From assembly GCA_902462155.1 (NCBI GenBank), contig CABQAQ010000008.1:38613-102612 (forward strand): a DNA stretch of 64,000 nt. Reading direction: 5' to 3'. The DNA is from an uncultured bacterium (GTDB taxonomy: Bacteria > Cyanobacteriota > Vampirovibrionia > Gastranaerophilales > Gastranaerophilaceae). Position numbers and translations under genes: made by a program. The notes under the pieces were generated by a model. That model saw nothing but the letters and a program-made list of their open reading frames with translations. It was not told where the DNA came from and ran no database searches. Within the stretch, counting starts at the first letter, position 1. Each line of letters starts with the position of its first letter. Shown here piece after piece: positions 1-9,016 of the stretch.

Positions 1-45
1 AATAAGATGTTTTAATAATAGTAAATTATGAATAAGGTTTAAAAT

Positions 46-732
46 TTGCTAATTAATTCTAACAATATAAATAAATATAACACTAGATATTATGATCAAG
101 TTTTTAGTTCTAAAATCAATTTTAAAGGAATTGTTAATCAAGATTCTAAAATATCAAAACCTATAAAAACTATAAGTATTATGTCATTTATAGGTATATT
201 AATGTACTTATTTTTAAAAAATAATAAATTTATTAATTTATCATCTGAATCTAAAAATATTAAAAATTTTCATCTTGTAGATACTTTAAGTAATAAATCT
301 AGTCTATACAGAGGAGCTCAACTTAATAACCAAGAAGACTGTGATTTTTTGATATCTAAAAATGTAGGTTTAGTTATTGACCTTAGAAATAAAAAAAATT
401 CTAAAGACTTGATAAATAAAGAAAAAAACTTATTAAATAAAAATAATATTGAGCATTATAATATAGAAATGAGTTCCAAAATTGCACCTAGAGAAGATCA
501 AATAGAAGAAGTATTTAATAAAATAGAAGAATGTAAAAAAAACAATAAATCTGTGTATATACATTGTAAGGCAGGTATAGATAGAACTGGAATAATGTGT
601 GCTCTATATGAGGTACGTAAGAAAAATATACCTAAATCCCAAGCTTATGAGCATATGAAAAATTATGGGTATAACTATTATCATCAAGTTACTAGAAAAG
701 CTCAAAAAGATTTTTTATTCCAAAATGGATAA
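46..732 (+). CDS. membrane-anchored Cys-based protein phosphatase (PTP/DSP-like)
   Basis: 228-aa ORF with a Cys-X5-Arg P-loop (VYIHCKAGIDRTGIMCALYE) typical of tyrosine/dual-specificity phosphatases. Hydrophobic N-terminal segment ISIMSFIGILMYLFL. Begins on TTG, so the exact start is uncertain. Confidence 0.6.
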   Translation: MLINSNNINKYNTRYYDQVFSSKINFKGIVNQDSKISKPIKTISIMSFIGILMYLFLKNNKFINLSSESKNIKNFHLVDTLSNKSSLYRGAQLNNQEDCDFLISKNVGLVIDLRNKKNSKDLINKEKNLLNKNNIEHYNIEMSSKIAPREDQIEEVFNKIEECKKNNKSVYIHCKAGIDRTGIMCALYEVRKKNIPKSQAYEHMKNYGYNYYHQVTRKAQKDFLFQNG

Positions 733-849
733 TTTATAAAACCCAAAAGCCCAATTTTCACCTATAGGTACGCCAGTAATTTATGAAAAAGTTATCTTTG
801 AGATACTCTTTTTTCAAGATCGTAAAGATATTTCTTGCTAACAAAAAAC

Positions 850-878
850 TTGACTTTTTATATTTAGCCATCATAATA
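850..878 (+). promoter_or_regulatory. sigma70-like promoter upstream of the tRNA
   Basis: TTGACT (850-855), then a 16-17 nt spacer, then CATAAT/ATAATA (872-878), about 40 nt upstream of the tRNA 5' end. Confidence 0.45.
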
Positions 879-917
879 TAATTATTAAGTAATTATTTAA
901 TAATTAAAATTTAATAT

Positions 918-994
<77 letters not shown>

Positions 995-999
995 TCTCA

Positions 1000-1034
1000 C
1001 TGGAAGTATCTGAGTTTGATACTTCCAGTTTTTT
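1000..1034 (+). terminator. rho-independent terminator after the tRNA
   Basis: 11-bp perfect stem ctggaagtatc / gatacttccag (1000-1010 and 1018-1028), 7-nt loop, then T6 (1029-1034). Confidence 0.75.
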
Positions 1035-1535
1035 AGCCTTATTTGTATCATCATTTTGTATCAAAAATGGATTAAGGTCTAATTTGATATGCACCTCTCT
1101 TCTAACTGGGTCAAGGATTACAGCCTCTATGCACTTCTTGATAAATGCTCTTCTTTGAGGTAGTAAACTATGGGCAAGAATCTTAGAATTCTTTTTGCAC
1201 ATGCTTTTGAAATAATCCAACGTTAGTATTCTTGAAATCTTTGGATTTTCAATGTTGTTTAAAGTAACTTTTAGATTACTTATTTCTTCTTGAATAGTAT
1301 TGTACTTCTCAGACATACCTTTTAAAGCCAGACCTTCAACATCACCACTTGTAATATTGTCCATAAGCTTAACTTCACTTTGCCCTGTGTTTTTATAAAG
1401 GAGTTATATGGTCGGCTTTCATTTGTTCTATTTTAAAATGCTGCTTATATATTTGACAAACACCTGCCTGATTTTCATATCTTTCACGCTTCATACCTTG
1501 AGTGAATACTCTCTAATATTCAAATACTTTTTCAT
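1035..1535 (-). pseudogene. decayed recombinase-like / mobile-element gene remnant
   Basis: Three consecutive minus-strand reading-frame pieces: MKKYLNIREYSLKV*, then MKRERYENQAGVCQIYKQHFKIEQMKADHITPL*, then the 137-aa track ORF. The last piece has a coiled-coil stretch and a tail (QRRAFIKKCIEAVILDPVRREVHIKLDLNPF) resembling the C-terminus of large serine recombinases. The track ORF (951-1364) only stays open by reading antisense through the terminator and tRNA, so its 3' end is not real. Confidence 0.4.
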
Positions 1536-1560
1536 TACTTTATAAAAAATATTAATAGCT

Positions 1561-1575
1561 CCCCCCCCCTTTTTT
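1561..1575. repeat. C9-T6 homopolymer tract
   Basis: ccccccccc (1561-1569) is followed directly by tttttt (1570-1575), in non-coding DNA between the gene remnant and prmC. It is conspicuous in this AT-rich window. Confidence 0.9.
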
Positions 1576-1706
1576 GCTGTTACATTATAATTCGGTATTA
1601 AAAAATGATTTCAAAAGCTTTAGTATCCAGTTTATCATCTTCATAATACGTTGAAATAAGCTTTTTTAATCATTTTACTTATATCATTATGAAGTTAACA
1701 GTTTCA

Positions 1707-2540
1707 TTATATTAATGCACAAATTACTCTGTTTATACCACTTAAATCTTTATAAAGTTCTATTTTTTTATAGTTATATTTTTCTAATAAATTATAAACA
1801 AGCTTATCTTGATTAATACCTAACTCAAAAAGAATACCAGAACCTATATTATTATTTAAATATAAAGAAGCATCTCTTATTATTTTTTCATAAAACTCTA
1901 TACCATAAATATCAGATGCAAATAAAGCTAAATCAGGTTCGAAATCTTTCACCTCAATTTGAAGATTTTGTTTTTCTATAATTGGTATATAAGGTGGATT
2001 AGATATAATAAAATCAAATTTATTATTTATATTTTCATAAATATCCGATTGTAAAAAAGTTATGTCATTTTGAAGGCTGTACATTGAAGCATTTATTTTG
2101 GCTACATCTAAAGCACTTTCTGAAATATCTATTGCTGTAATATTTCTGTTTAAAGTAAGTAAGGATAACATAATAGAAATTATGCCACTGCCAGTTCCTA
2201 TTTCTAAAATTGTAGAATTTTTATTAATAAATTTTTTAGAGATATCAATTAATAGTTGAGTTTCAGGTCTTGGAATAAGTACTGAGCTATTTACAAAAAA
2301 TTTTTTATTCATAAAATAAGCACAATTTAAAATATATTGAAGAGGCATTTTTGTGTCGATTCTTTTTTGTACAACATTAAAAGCCTTTTTTTGTAGTTCT
2401 TCACTTGGAACTTTACCTAAAAATAAATCTTTAAAAGAGATATTACAAACATTTTCTAAAATAAATTCAGCTTCACTTGAGGCAGTGTCTATATTGAATC
2501 CAGAGTCAAGAAATTTTTTTTTAATTTCATTATAAATCAT
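1707..2540 (-). CDS. prmC: release-factor glutamine N5-methyltransferase PrmC (HemK)
   Basis: 277 aa. SAM-binding motif ILEIGTGSGIISI and catalytic NPPY (FIISNPPYIP). Confidence 0.85.
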   Translation of the reverse strand: MIYNEIKKKFLDSGFNIDTASSEAEFILENVCNISFKDLFLGKVPSEELQKKAFNVVQKRIDTKMPLQYILNCAYFMNKKFFVNSSVLIPRPETQLLIDISKKFINKNSTILEIGTGSGIISIMLSLLTLNRNITAIDISESALDVAKINASMYSLQNDITFLQSDIYENINNKFDFIISNPPYIPIIEKQNLQIEVKDFEPDLALFASDIYGIEFYEKIIRDASLYLNNNIGSGILFELGINQDKLVYNLLEKYNYKKIELYKDLSGINRVICALI

Positions 2541-3022
2541 TTTTGTCTAGCCTCTTTAATTAGATTTATCATTTCAAATTTGGAAATATTTTCTAAGGAA
2601 TCAATATTTATATTTTTAGATTTACATAAGTATTTATAATAATTGATTTGTTTAATAGAAGGTTTTTGCTTTTTTTGAATATTCTCTTTAATAAATAGTT
2701 GTTTTTTTTTGAAAAACTCTTTTTGTTTATCCAAAAAAGGTTTTAATTTTTCTTTTTGAATGAGAGAGAATTTAAAATATTTAACCATTTTTTTAAGATC
2801 TTTAATGAAAATAGGCTCTTGAATAAAATCAATAATCCAAGGGAAATTAGAATTATTCTGATCAATAAAGTATAATTCATCATCAATAAAATTTTGAACT
2901 ATATCTTCAACAGATTGATGATAAGTTTTTTTAGTATATATTCTTAAAAAATTAATTAGAGCTGATTTTTGATTTTTAGATAGCTGTAAGAATACACTAT
3001 TTTTTATATTATAAGAAGACAT
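2537..3022 (-). CDS. hypothetical Lys-rich protein, translationally coupled to prmC
   Basis: 161-aa ORF whose stop overlaps the prmC start (ATGA). I recognise no motif. Confidence 0.5.
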   Translation of the reverse strand: MSSYNIKNSVFLQLSKNQKSALINFLRIYTKKTYHQSVEDIVQNFIDDELYFIDQNNSNFPWIIDFIQEPIFIKDLKKMVKYFKFSLIQKEKLKPFLDKQKEFFKKKQLFIKENIQKKQKPSIKQINYYKYLCKSKNINIDSLENISKFEMINLIKEARQK

Positions 3023-3024
3023 TA

Positions 3025-3195
3025 TTATCTAAATAGATCCTTAAAAGTAAACCCAGATTGTTTTTTCTGCTTTTTAAAAGCCGTAATAGCAGTATATATA
3101 GGATTTGTAATAATTTTAGAATCAATAAAATTTTTATTTAAATTTTTCTTTTTGAGCTTAGCTATATTTAGATCTATTACTTTATTATCATCCAT
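3025..3195 (-). CDS. possible small protein (56 aa)
   Basis: ATG at 3195 and TAA at 3027-3025, read by hand: MDDNKVIDLNIAKLKKKNLNKNFIDSKIITNPIYTAITAFKKQKKQSGFTFKDLFR. It ends 3 nt before the start of the 161-aa ORF. It falls below the ORF-track length cut-off and has no homology support. Confidence 0.25.
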   Translation of the reverse strand: MDDNKVIDLNIAKLKKKNLNKNFIDSKIITNPIYTAITAFKKQKKQSGFTFKDLFR

Positions 3196-3283
3196 AATTA
3201 TATTATAACATATTATTACAGATTTTAGAATAGAAAATCAAAAAAGTTTTTACATTTTTTTACAGTATACTATTATTGTAAAC

Positions 3284-3871
3284 CTATATAGCTAGATTAT
3301 AGAGATGATCGGATGGAGTATTATTAAGATTTTTATCAATATAATTTAGTCCGGCATTAAAAGAATTTATATTTGATTTTATTAAATCAGCTTTTTTTTC
3401 AGGGATCATTTCTTTTAGGGCTTGAATAATATATTCAGGTGATAAAACTTCTGTTAATTTGATTAATATTCCTATCATAAAGACATTTATAAAATAAGGT
3501 GTTTCTATTTTTGATATATAAGAATCTATATCAATAGGGTAATAAGTTATATCATCTCTATTTTTACTTTGCATCAACTTGGCGTTGCATATAAGAATAC
3601 CTCTTTTTTTTACACGATTTTGGAAAGTATTAAAAGAAGATTGATTAAGTACAATTATAATATCAGCTTTATTAATTACAGGTGAAGCTATATGTTCGTT
3701 TTCATCTGCTATATTTACAGAGCAATTTGCAGTTCCACCTCGCATTTCAGCACCATAGGCTGGAATCCAAGTTGTATTTTTTGATTCTAAAATACAAGCA
3801 TGACTTAATAATGAACCGGCAAATAAAACACCTTGTCCGCCAAATCCTGCTATTATTATGCTTAAAGACAT
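3284..3871 (-). CDS. korC: 2-oxoacid:ferredoxin oxidoreductase, gamma subunit
   Basis: 195 aa. N-terminal IIIAGFGGQGVLFAG motif typical of POR/KOR gamma subunits. Last gene of a delta-alpha-beta-gamma operon. Confidence 0.8.
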   Translation of the reverse strand: MSLSIIIAGFGGQGVLFAGSLLSHACILESKNTTWIPAYGAEMRGGTANCSVNIADENEHIASPVINKADIIIVLNQSSFNTFQNRVKKRGILICNAKLMQSKNRDDITYYPIDIDSYISKIETPYFINVFMIGILIKLTEVLSPEYIIQALKEMIPEKKADLIKSNINSFNAGLNYIDKNLNNTPSDHLYNLAI

Positions 3872-4629
3872 TTAATACTCTCCTTTTGGGTAATATCTTT
3901 AAATATACCCAATTTATGTACTTTTTGGATATTATTTTTAATATGTTCTAAAGAATCTACAGGTGATAATTTCCAATTTGTAGGACACGCAGAAACCACT
4001 TCAACAAAACTAAATCCAAGACCATTGAGTTGCATTTCAAATGCTTTTTTTATTAATTTTTTTGTATTAATAATACTTTGTGGATTATAAATTCCTGTTC
4101 TAGCACAAAAAGCAGTACCTTCACAATTTGAAATAATTTCGGCAGCTTTAATAGGATACCCTAGAAGTTCTGCTTTTCTTCCTTTCGGTGTTGTTTTGGT
4201 TACCTGACCTACTAATGTCGTTGCACTAGCTTGTCCGCCTGTCATTCCAAAAGTTGTATTATTTATGCATATTGTTGTTATATTTTCACCACGACACGCT
4301 GTATGTACTGTTTCGTTAAAACCTATTGTCAGAGCATCACCATCTCCTTGATAAGTAAATACAAACTTGTCTGATTTTGCTCTTTTTATTCCGGTTGCAA
4401 CACAGGGGGATCTTCCGTGTGAGGCTCCGGCTATATCTATTTCAAAGAATTTTTCAAGAAATATTGAACATCCTACAGAAGAAACTCCAATGGTGTTTTC
4501 TCTTAAATTGAATTCATCTAATAACTCTGCTACAATACGTAAGACTATCCCATGTCCACATCCCGGACAAAATGTGAATTTCCCATCTTTTTTTAAACTT
4601 TTTGGTATTTCAAATATTATTTTACTCAT
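3862..4629 (-). CDS. korB: 2-oxoacid:ferredoxin oxidoreductase, beta (TPP-binding) subunit
   Basis: 255 aa. CPGCGHG motif and the TPP-binding stretch GDGD...GFNE. Overlaps both neighbouring genes. Confidence 0.85.
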   Translation of the reverse strand: MSKIIFEIPKSLKKDGKFTFCPGCGHGIVLRIVAELLDEFNLRENTIGVSSVGCSIFLEKFFEIDIAGASHGRSPCVATGIKRAKSDKFVFTYQGDGDALTIGFNETVHTACRGENITTICINNTTFGMTGGQASATTLVGQVTKTTPKGRKAELLGYPIKAAEIISNCEGTAFCARTGIYNPQSIINTKKLIKKAFEMQLNGLGFSFVEVVSACPTNWKLSPVDSLEHIKNNIQKVHKLGIFKDITQKESIKCL

Positions 4630-5735
4630 TTACTAAATGCCTTGTGTACATATTTTTTATCAATTTCTATAATTTTTTCATATACATCGTCATCTGAAAT
4701 AATATCACCGGCTGCTTTACCATAAAACTCCACAGGCGCATTCCCAAACACTGCACTTCTTACATCGTAAAGCATTTGACCTTGATTCATTTCTATATCG
4801 AGTATTACTTTTGCATTCTTTGTTAACTTATGAAGTATTTCTTCCGGAAATGGTGATAAAACAATGGGTCTAAAAAGACCTACTTTTATCCCATTTTGTC
4901 GGGCTTTCGTTACAGCTGCTTTTGCTATTCTGCCAACTATTCCGAATGCGCTTATTATAATATCCGCATCTTCTATCATAAATGACTCATACATCATTTC
5001 TTTTTCTTGAAATTCTTTATATTTTTTAAAGATTTTATTACTAATATGAGTCATATCTAAATTATCCATATGTAAAGAAACTAAATTACGAGCCTCTCTA
5101 TTCTTTGCACCAGATAATGCCCAAGATGATACATCAGACTCTATACCGCTATAAGGGTATTTGTTAAAATATACAGGTTCCATCATTTGACCTAAAATTC
5201 CATCGGCAAGTAGCATTACAGGATTTCTATACTTAAATGTCAAATAAAATGCTTTATATGTAAGATCTATAGCTTCTTGAATAGTTGAAGGTGATAATAC
5301 TATTGTTTTATAGTCACCATTTCCACCACCTTTTGTTGCTTGAAAATAATCTCCTTGTGCGGGTGCTATGTTCCCTAACCCCGGACCACCTCTCATTACA
5401 CTTATTATTACTCCCGGAATCTGTTGACAGCACATTGCTGAAATTGCCTCTTGCATTAATGCTATACCACAGGATGAAGAAGAGGTCATGGCTTTAACTC
5501 CAACAGTTGATGCACCTATAAGCATATTTATTGATGCTAATTCGCTTTCTGCTGGAATAAATGTAAGACCCATTTCAGGCAATTTAATACTTAAGTATTC
5601 ACCAATTTCACTTTGTGGGGTTATTGGATAACCAAAATAACATTCTACTCCGGCATTGATTGCGGCTTGTGCTATAGCCTGATTCCCTTTTATTAATATT
5701 CTTTTTCCTTCTGTATGTAATAAATGACTAACCAT
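4626..5735 (-). CDS. korA: 2-oxoacid:ferredoxin oxidoreductase, alpha subunit
   Basis: 369 aa. GNQAIAQAAINAGVECYFGYPITPQSEI is typical of KorA/OorA/PorA. Substrate specificity cannot be read from the sequence by eye. Confidence 0.85.
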   Translation of the reverse strand: MVSHLLHTEGKRILIKGNQAIAQAAINAGVECYFGYPITPQSEIGEYLSIKLPEMGLTFIPAESELASINMLIGASTVGVKAMTSSSSCGIALMQEAISAMCCQQIPGVIISVMRGGPGLGNIAPAQGDYFQATKGGGNGDYKTIVLSPSTIQEAIDLTYKAFYLTFKYRNPVMLLADGILGQMMEPVYFNKYPYSGIESDVSSWALSGAKNREARNLVSLHMDNLDMTHISNKIFKKYKEFQEKEMMYESFMIEDADIIISAFGIVGRIAKAAVTKARQNGIKVGLFRPIVLSPFPEEILHKLTKNAKVILDIEMNQGQMLYDVRSAVFGNAPVEFYGKAAGDIISDDDVYEKIIEIDKKYVHKAFSK

Positions 5736-5740
5736 ATAAA

Positions 5741-5980
5741 TTATTTACTTACCTTTACTATAGCTATATCAGGACAAGATATTGCACACATTGCACATCC
5801 TATACATTCTGACTCATTTTTTTCTTCAAATTTTGCATAATGAAATCCTGCCTCAGTTATTTCATCGCTAAATTTTATCAACTTCTTTGGACATACACTT
5901 ATGCATATTCCACAAGACTTACAGCGTGTTTTATCTATTTCTATTTTTCCCAACTTGACCCCTACTTCTTTTCTATACAA
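5741..5980 (-). CDS. korD: 2-oxoacid:ferredoxin oxidoreductase, delta (2x[4Fe-4S] ferredoxin) subunit
   Basis: 79 aa with two CxxCxxCxxxCP motifs (CKSCGICISVCP and CIGCAMCAISCP). TTG start, with an alternative internal TTG. Confidence 0.8.
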   Translation of the reverse strand: MYRKEVGVKLGKIEIDKTRCKSCGICISVCPKKLIKFSDEITEAGFHYAKFEEKNESECIGCAMCAISCPDIAIVKVSK

Positions 5981-6038
5981 ATTATTATATCACTAAAAAA
6001 CTTTTAACAAGTATTTTATTTTGCTTAAATAAATTAAT

Positions 6039-6827
6039 TTAGAACAATAATAATCCAAAGCTTATGAATAGCATACCTGTTATAATACCTATTAGAACGT
6101 GATGATCTTCTCCATATTCTCTTGCAAGAGGCAGTAATGTATCTAGTGAGATATAAATCATTATTCCGGCTACCATTCCAAATAAAATTCCTATTGTACA
6201 CTCATTAATAAAATTACGTAACAGAAAAAATCCTATTAATGCTCCTAATGGTTCTGCCATCCCTGAAAGAAATGAATATAATATAGCTGTTCTCTTTTTT
6301 CCTGTTGCGTGATAAATAGGTAAAGATACAGCTATGCCTTCTGGTATATTATGTATGGCTATTGCTATTGCTAAAGGTATGCCCAATGTTAATGTTTGTG
6401 AGGAGATAAAAAATGTAGCTATACCCTCTGGAAAATTATGTATTGTTATTGCTATTGCTGTTAATATTCCAGCTCTTTTTATTTTATGTTTATGCGTACA
6501 AGTTTCTTTTTTACTAAGAAGATCTTCATCTATATGATCTGGTATAAAATAATCTATCAAAAATGCTATAAACATACCAAAAAAAAATGCTATTAAAGCT
6601 ATTAAATCTGCTTTTTCGGAATATGATAATGCTAAAAACTCTTTTGATTCTGCAAGAATTTCTGATAATGATAAAAATATCATTACTCCGGCTGCAAATG
6701 CTAGACCTATTGATAAAAATTTTAGGTTTGTTCTTTTTACAAAAAAAGTTAAAAAACCACCTAATACCGTTGATAATCCTGCTAATATAGTTAATAATAT
6801 TGCTATAAAATATGAATTGTTTATCAT
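6039..6827 (-). CDS. zupT: ZIP-family zinc transporter ZupT
   Basis: 262-aa polytopic protein with paired HNFPEGIA and HNIPEGIAV motifs. Confidence 0.85.
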   Translation of the reverse strand: MINNSYFIAILLTILAGLSTVLGGFLTFFVKRTNLKFLSIGLAFAAGVMIFLSLSEILAESKEFLALSYSEKADLIALIAFFFGMFIAFLIDYFIPDHIDEDLLSKKETCTHKHKIKRAGILTAIAITIHNFPEGIATFFISSQTLTLGIPLAIAIAIHNIPEGIAVSLPIYHATGKKRTAILYSFLSGMAEPLGALIGFFLLRNFINECTIGILFGMVAGIMIYISLDTLLPLAREYGEDHHVLIGIITGMLFISFGLLLF

Positions 6828-6884
6828 TTAATTATTATAATACTAAACATTTTTATAGTCAAAATAATAAAAAATAAACCCTTA

Positions 6885-7847
6885 TTAAAATTCATTCTTT
6901 ATTTCTAATATATTAAAATTTTTATCCCAATATATTCTATAATTATTTTTTATTTTATGATAAATTTCTAAATTTTTACTTGCCATTTCTATTAAATTTT
7001 CAAAACTTTCAATATTTAAAATAGCTAATTTTTTTATTATATCATTTAAAAAAACTATACTGCCAGCCATTATTTTATTTTTATCGACGGCTTTTCCTTC
7101 TTCTATAAATATTTTTTCATTGGCAAATTCAAATGAGTTGCTTTTTATATAGGCTCCATTTAAAGCATCTGATATTAATATTATTTTCCTCTTATCTTTT
7201 ACTTTAAATATTAATTTTAACATTTCTATACTTAAATGATTACAATCAGCTATCACTTCCGTATAAATCTGTTGATCTAATAATCCTGTAAGGGCTAAAG
7301 ATTTATTTCTATGATGAATAGATGGCATTGCATTAAATATATGTGTAATACAATCCGAGTTTTTTATGTCACAGGATACGCTATGACCGACATTCATTTT
7401 TATACCTTGAGTCTTTAGGTATTCTGTTAATCTGTTATCTGTATCTAATTCAGGAGCTATTGTAATTATTTTTATTATTTTATCTTCAAATAATTTATAT
7501 TTTTCAACAGATGGATTTAATATAAATTCTTTTGGATGAATACCTCTTTTTTCAGGATTGATAAAAGGACCTTCTAAATGAATACCTATAATCTGGGATA
7601 TTTTTTCGTTTGCTATTTTCTTTTGTGCTCTTTTTATTATTCTTATCTGCTTTTGAATATTCTCTACTTTGTCTGTCATTAGAGTAGGAAAAAAGTAACA
7701 TATACCATGTTTAAATAACATTGAAGCAAGATATATAACACCATCTTCATCAGTAGTATTTAAATTTACTCCATAACCTCCGTGTATATGTTGATCTATA
7801 AGACCATTTGTTATTCTTATTGAATTTTCTGAATTATTATTTATCAT
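6885..7847 (-). CDS. nagA: N-acetylglucosamine-6-phosphate deacetylase-like amidohydrolase (short form)
   Basis: 320 aa with IDQHIHGGYG, HLEGPFI, VGHS and HIFNAM motifs matching NagA metal and active-site segments. The N-terminal small domain is much shorter than in typical NagA (about 380 aa). Confidence 0.65.
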   Translation of the reverse strand: MINNNSENSIRITNGLIDQHIHGGYGVNLNTTDEDGVIYLASMLFKHGICYFFPTLMTDKVENIQKQIRIIKRAQKKIANEKISQIIGIHLEGPFINPEKRGIHPKEFILNPSVEKYKLFEDKIIKIITIAPELDTDNRLTEYLKTQGIKMNVGHSVSCDIKNSDCITHIFNAMPSIHHRNKSLALTGLLDQQIYTEVIADCNHLSIEMLKLIFKVKDKRKIILISDALNGAYIKSNSFEFANEKIFIEEGKAVDKNKIMAGSIVFLNDIIKKLAILNIESFENLIEMASKNLEIYHKIKNNYRIYWDKNFNILEIKNEF

Positions 7848-7911
7848 ATCTATATAAAATTTTATAGTAAAATATATTTAATGCAAAATTATTTCTTTAT
7901 TCTAAAATAAT

Positions 7912-7940
7912 TTGTAACTTTATAAAAAAAATTGTATAAT
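7912..7940 (+). promoter_or_regulatory. sigma70-like promoter for the surE operon
   Basis: TTGTAA (7912-7917), 17-nt spacer, TATAAT (7935-7940), 43 nt upstream of the surE ATG. Confidence 0.55.
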
Positions 7941-7982
7941 AAAAGTTAATTTAGGATAGATTGGAATTCAGTTAGGTAAAAA

Positions 7983-8774
7983 ATGAAGATATTAATTTCA
8001 AATGATGACGGAATAAATGCAAGCGGTATTATGGCTTTAACAAAAGCTTTAAGTTTAGAAAATGAAGTGTTTGTGATAGCTCCTGATAGAGAAAGAAGTG
8101 CTGCCGGACATTCTTTGACTTTACATACTCCTTTAAGGGTAGATGAAGTTGAACCTATGTATGGATCAAAACGTACTTGGGTTGCTAGCGGTACTCCCGG
8201 TGATTGTGTGAAAATAGGACTTAGTGCTATTTTAAGCGAAGAGGAAAAGCCGGATATTGTTATTACCGGAATAAATCACGGACCAAACCTTGGATATGAT
8301 ATTCTTTATTCGGGGACTGTTTCTTGTGCTATGGAAGCTGCTATGAAGGGATATCCTAGTATTGCCGTTTCATTATCAAGTCTTTCCTGTCACCCTGAGG
8401 AATTTGATTTTACTGCTTATTTTATAGCTAAATTTTTGCCTAAAATTAAGGGGATTAATTTCCCTAAGAAATCTATTCTGAATATTAATACTCCGGCTTT
8501 ACATTCTGAAGATATTTCCGGTATTGCTATTACAAGACTTGGTACTAAAATGTTTACAGACTCATATGAAAAACGTACTGATCCTAGAGGAAAAGTCTAT
8601 TATTGGATGGCGGGGGAACTTATTAAATCAGATGGCAACGATGGTACAGATATTAATGCTTTAAGGCAGAATAAAATTTCTATTACACCTGTTACTTTTG
8701 AAATTACGCATAAAAGTATTATGGCTGATTTAGAAAAAGCTTTTTGTATTGAGGGTAAATGTGATTGGTTTTAA
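7983..8774 (+). CDS. surE: 5'/3'-nucleotidase SurE
   Basis: 263 aa. N-terminal MKILISNDDGI signature and GINHGPNLG. Confidence 0.9.
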   Translation: MKILISNDDGINASGIMALTKALSLENEVFVIAPDRERSAAGHSLTLHTPLRVDEVEPMYGSKRTWVASGTPGDCVKIGLSAILSEEEKPDIVITGINHGPNLGYDILYSGTVSCAMEAAMKGYPSIAVSLSSLSCHPEEFDFTAYFIAKFLPKIKGINFPKKSILNINTPALHSEDISGIAITRLGTKMFTDSYEKRTDPRGKVYYWMAGELIKSDGNDGTDINALRQNKISITPVTFEITHKSIMADLEKAFCIEGKCDWF

Positions 8775-8780
8775 TATATT

Positions 8781-8987
8781 ATGAAAATTAAGCTTAACGG
8801 GGAAATAAAAGAAATTGATAATTCTATCAATAATATAGAAAAATTAGTAGCAAGTTTAAAAAACTCTCTACCAAAACTTTTTGTAATAGAACATAATCAA
8901 GAAATTATTTATAAAGAGGAATATCAAGATAAAATTATTCAAGAAAATGATGAAATAGAAATAGTAGTTTTTACCGGTGGTGGTTAA
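8781..8987 (+). CDS. thiS: ThiS/MoaD-like ubiquitin-fold sulfur-carrier protein
   Basis: 68 aa with the pattern MKIKLNGE...IEIVVFTGGG, ending in a C-terminal Gly-Gly. No thiF/thiG/thiH or moaE neighbour in this window. Confidence 0.55.
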   Translation: MKIKLNGEIKEIDNSINNIEKLVASLKNSLPKLFVIEHNQEIIYKEEYQDKIIQENDEIEIVVFTGGG

Positions 8988-9016
8988 AATTATAAAAAAG
9001 AAAGGATGATTTTAGT

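Noticed and set aside
1555-1569. agctccc before the poly-C run matches 7 nt of the tRNA 3' end (possible att remnant).
   Set aside because: A 7-nt match is well within chance expectation. It is noted only inside the homopolymer finding.
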